DNA of 64,000 nt from an uncultured delta proteobacterium (lineage in GTDB: Bacteria; Myxococcota_A; Polyangia; Polyangiales; B10-G4), in NCBI GenBank assembly GCA_963727445.1, contig CAVSGI010000010.1, forward strand, positions 864,001-928,000, given 5' to 3'. Numbering within the stretch: the stretch's first letter is position 1; every line of letters starts with the position of its first letter. Both the position numbers and the translations under genes were made by a program. Positions 61,377-64,000 of the stretch are shown piece after piece. The notes under the pieces are model-generated. The model saw only the letters and a list, made by a program, of their open reading frames with translations, ran no database searches and had not been told where the DNA came from.

Positions 61377-63644
61377 TCAGCGGCGACGCCGCCAGCTCAG
61401 ACCGAGGCCCAGGAGCGCGAACGCGAAGGCGATCGCGCCCGGAGCGCGGCGACCGCGAGAGCCGGGCGCGCTGCAGCCGCAGCCCCCATCGTCGCCGCCC
61501 GCGCCGGGGGTGCCGGCGTCATCACCGATCACCGCGCCGTCAGGCAGCGCCCCGTCGGGCAGCGCGCCGTCGGGCAGGGTGCCCCCGTCGGCCATCGGCG
61601 GCGGCGGCAGGTCGACCTCGATGTCGAGGGTGAGCTCGAGGTTGAAGGACACGTCACTCGAGCTCGCCGAAGCCTGTTTCACGATCGCCGAGACGATGTT
61701 CTGCCCCATCACGAAGGGCGCTCCGTCGGTGATGGGGATCTCCACCATGTCGGCGGTGTCCGCGTTGGCGGTCGCGTAGGCGGCGTAGTCGTTTCCGTCG
61801 GCGACGTTGAAGTTGGCGACCTCGACGCCGTTGACCCACACGACGACGCCGTCGTCGTAATGGACCCAGAGGCGCGCCGCCGTGACGGGGCCGGTGACGT
61901 CGATCCCGGTGCGGAAGAAGACGGTGGGGATGTTGGGGTCGGTGTCGTAGAGCACCGTCACGATGTCGGAATCGCCGTAGCCGAGCTCCGCCGGGCCGCT
62001 CATCCAGCCACCGAGCTCGGTGCGCCAGGACGCGCCCGGATCGCTTCCGTCATCGAGGTACTCCCAGATGCCGCCCATGGGGATGGCCACCACCTCGGCG
62101 CTGCCGCCGATCTCGAAGAGGCCGCTCGTCGACTCGTTGGTGGGATCGTCGGCATCGCTCACGCGCACCCGCGCCTCGGTCGTGCGGAACATCGGCAGAG
62201 TCCAGGTCTCGGCGCCGTCGTTCGCCGTCCGGTCCGCGATGGTCATCCAGGAGGCGCCGTCGTCGAGGGTGTACTCGAGGCGGACCTCGCTCGTGGCGCC
62301 CGTCGAGCCCCAGGCGATGTCGAGATCGGAGCCCGCGAGGAGGCTCTCGCCGCCCCGTGGGTTCAAGAGGAAGAGCCCCTCGCCTTTGGTGAGCACCACC
62401 TGGTCCGACGCCACACCGTCGTAGCGGATGTTGGTGACTGTCAGTGTGTCGGCGGTGACGTCCACCACGTTCGAGCCGTTTTCGAGCTCGCTCATGTACA
62501 TCACGGGATGGTCGGCGGAACCGCTGGTCCCCGTGCCGCCGTGGCCAGAGACGACGTAGATCGTTCCGTCCCCCACCTTCACGTAGGGCCCGTCGCCCAT
62601 GGGCCGACCGTCGGTCATGTCGAGGATGCCGGCGGCGGTGGTGGGCGTGTCGTAGGCGCCGTGCAGGAGATAGCTTCGCTCGTAGATGTGCGAATGACCG
62701 CCGAGCACCAGGTCCACGCCGGCGGCTTCGAGGATCGGGTTCACGTTCTCGCGCATGTCGACCAGCGCGCCTTCGGTGTCGGAGTTGTGGCTGCCGTGGG
62801 TGTAGGGGGGGTGATGCCAGTAGGCGATGAGCCAGTCCTGATCCGTCGCCGCCAGATCCATCTCGAGCCAGGTGAGCATCGGGTCACCGGGGTCGCGCCC
62901 GGATTGGTGCGAGTCGAGGACGACGAAGTGCACGCTGCCGTAGTCGAAGCTGTAATAGGCCTCGGTGCCGCTCGCGAGCCCGCCGGCCGAGGCGTCGGTG
63001 GGAAGCACGTAGGCGTCGTAGTAGGGACCGCTCTGGCTGGCGGAGTCCGAGGAGTGGCCCTCGTGGTTGCCCATGGCGGGCCAGCAGACCGTGTTCTTCA
63101 GGATGTCGGCGTAGGGCGCGAAGAAGTTGTCGTCGAACTCCGCCGTCGTCCCGTCGCTGTAAGCCATGTCGCCGACGTGGACGTAGATGTCGGGGCGCGC
63201 CGAGCCCGCCCAGCCGAGCATCGCGTCGCGCACCTGCGCCTGACGGCTGCCGCCGGTGCCGGAATCGCCGACCACCCAGAAGCGGAAGGGTCGCACCACG
63301 CCGGGGGTGGGCGCGGTCTGGAAGTACTGCGTCGCGTCGCCGCCGCCGGGCGGGGGGCAGGCGTCGTCGCTGAGCGCGTAGTAGTAGCGGGTGTCGGGCG
63401 ACAGGCCGGTGATGGGCACCTCGTGCTGAGTGCCGGCGCCGGCCGTGGCGCGGCTGGTGAGCGCGCCGCTCGAGGCGCCGTAACAGACGACGCTCGGACT
63501 GGAGGACGTTGTGCGCCAGACGACGTACATGCTGTCGTCGGCGCCCGACTGGAGGTAGGGGCCGCGGTCGATCTGAGCGAAGGCGGGGCCCGCGGCGCCG
63601 ACGATCGCAGCAGCGAAGAAGGCGAGGGCGAGGAGGCGGCTCAT
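61377..63644 (-). CDS. purple acid phosphatase-like metallophosphoesterase with MYXO-CTERM sorting tail
   Basis: GDSG, GDMAY, GNHE, WHHP and GHSHIYER motifs; C-terminal GGCGCS, TM helix, RRRR. Confidence 0.92.
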   Translation of the reverse strand: MSRLLALAFFAAAIVGAAGPAFAQIDRGPYLQSGADDSMYVVWRTTSSSPSVVCYGASSGALTSRATAGAGTQHEVPITGLSPDTRYYYALSDDACPPPGGGDATQYFQTAPTPGVVRPFRFWVVGDSGTGGSRQAQVRDAMLGWAGSARPDIYVHVGDMAYSDGTTAEFDDNFFAPYADILKNTVCWPAMGNHEGHSSDSASQSGPYYDAYVLPTDASAGGLASGTEAYYSFDYGSVHFVVLDSHQSGRDPGDPMLTWLEMDLAATDQDWLIAYWHHPPYTHGSHNSDTEGALVDMRENVNPILEAAGVDLVLGGHSHIYERSYLLHGAYDTPTTAAGILDMTDGRPMGDGPYVKVGDGTIYVVSGHGGTGTSGSADHPVMYMSELENGSNVVDVTADTLTVTNIRYDGVASDQVVLTKGEGLFLLNPRGGESLLAGSDLDIAWGSTGATSEVRLEYTLDDGASWMTIADRTANDGAETWTLPMFRTTEARVRVSDADDPTNESTSGLFEIGGSAEVVAIPMGGIWEYLDDGSDPGASWRTELGGWMSGPAELGYGDSDIVTVLYDTDPNIPTVFFRTGIDVTGPVTAARLWVHYDDGVVVWVNGVEVANFNVADGNDYAAYATANADTADMVEIPITDGAPFVMGQNIVSAIVKQASASSSDVSFNLELTLDIEVDLPPPPMADGGTLPDGALPDGALPDGAVIGDDAGTPGAGGDDGGCGCSAPGSRGRRAPGAIAFAFALLGLGLSWRRRR

Positions 63645-64000
63645 CGCGCACCTCCCGTCTCGACGAGGTGTAAGAGGGTGCGCGCCTCGCTCAGCGCCGG
63701 GGCGCGTCGCACCACGCGCCGCAGATCGCTGCGGGCTTCGGCTTCGCGGCCGAGGGCGAGGAGCGCCCGCGCGCGTTCGAGGCGCGCGAGAGCCGAGCCG
63801 CGACGCGCGAGGACGCGCTCGGCGTCGGCGAGGGCGGCTTCGCGTTCGGCGCGCGCGAGGTCCGCGCGCCCCTGGGCCTCGTAGACGCGGGCGCGCATCA
63901 CGCGGAAGCGCGCGGTGGCGCGCGCCTGTCCGACGAGGGCGTCGGCATGCACCAGCGCGCGCTCGGGCTGGTGAAGCGCGAGGTGGAGCTCGATCAGCTC
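63641..64000 (-). CDS. TPR protein, C-terminal part (5' end outside the window)
   Basis: Ala/Arg-rich TPR-like helices (RARALLALGR..EA..DL); stop overlaps the phosphatase ATG. Confidence 0.65.
   Translation of the reverse strand, partial: ELIELHLALHQPERALVHADALVGQARATARFRVMRARVYEAQGRADLARAEREAALADAERVLARRGSALARLERARALLALGREAEARSDLRRVVRRAPALSEARTLLHLVETGGAR

Overview
High-GC (roughly 70% by eye) chromosomal segment with about 47 densely packed CDSs. It is most likely from a myxobacterium (Myxococcota, Polyangia/Sandaracinaceae-like). This is an inference from a MYXO-CTERM tail, many Cys-rich and Asp/Gly-rich lipoproteins, a Ser/Thr kinase-PEGA protein and a large sigma54 activator. Housekeeping genes (YhaN-like ATPase, acyl-CoA carboxylase pair, amidase, uup, Dus, typA, crotonase, GST, fatty-acid hydroxylase, CHAD-CYTH) are interleaved with many secreted or surface proteins. 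I saw no tRNA, rRNA, CRISPR array or mobile element. Most notable: (1) a histone-H1-like Lys-rich protein fused to an apparently catalytically dead Shedu/DUF4263-like domain, downstream of an ECF sigma module; (2) a ~1130-aa lipoprotein ending in 11-12 tandem C-C-CC-C-C knottin-like units, downstream of a pseudo-NTPase/TPR/sigma54 activator; (3) a TAnnnT -10 box 6-9 nt before the start codon of at least 15 genes, suggesting pervasive leaderless transcription; (4) a recurring TPR-anchor plus repeat-lipoprotein module, once with a kinase; (5) three translationally coupled beta-helix lipoprotein paralogs; (6) a cNMP-domain uridine-kinase-family fusion. Five genes, including typA, carry apparent frameshifts that are probably sequencing errors. 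All family calls come from motif recognition by eye; no database search was run.
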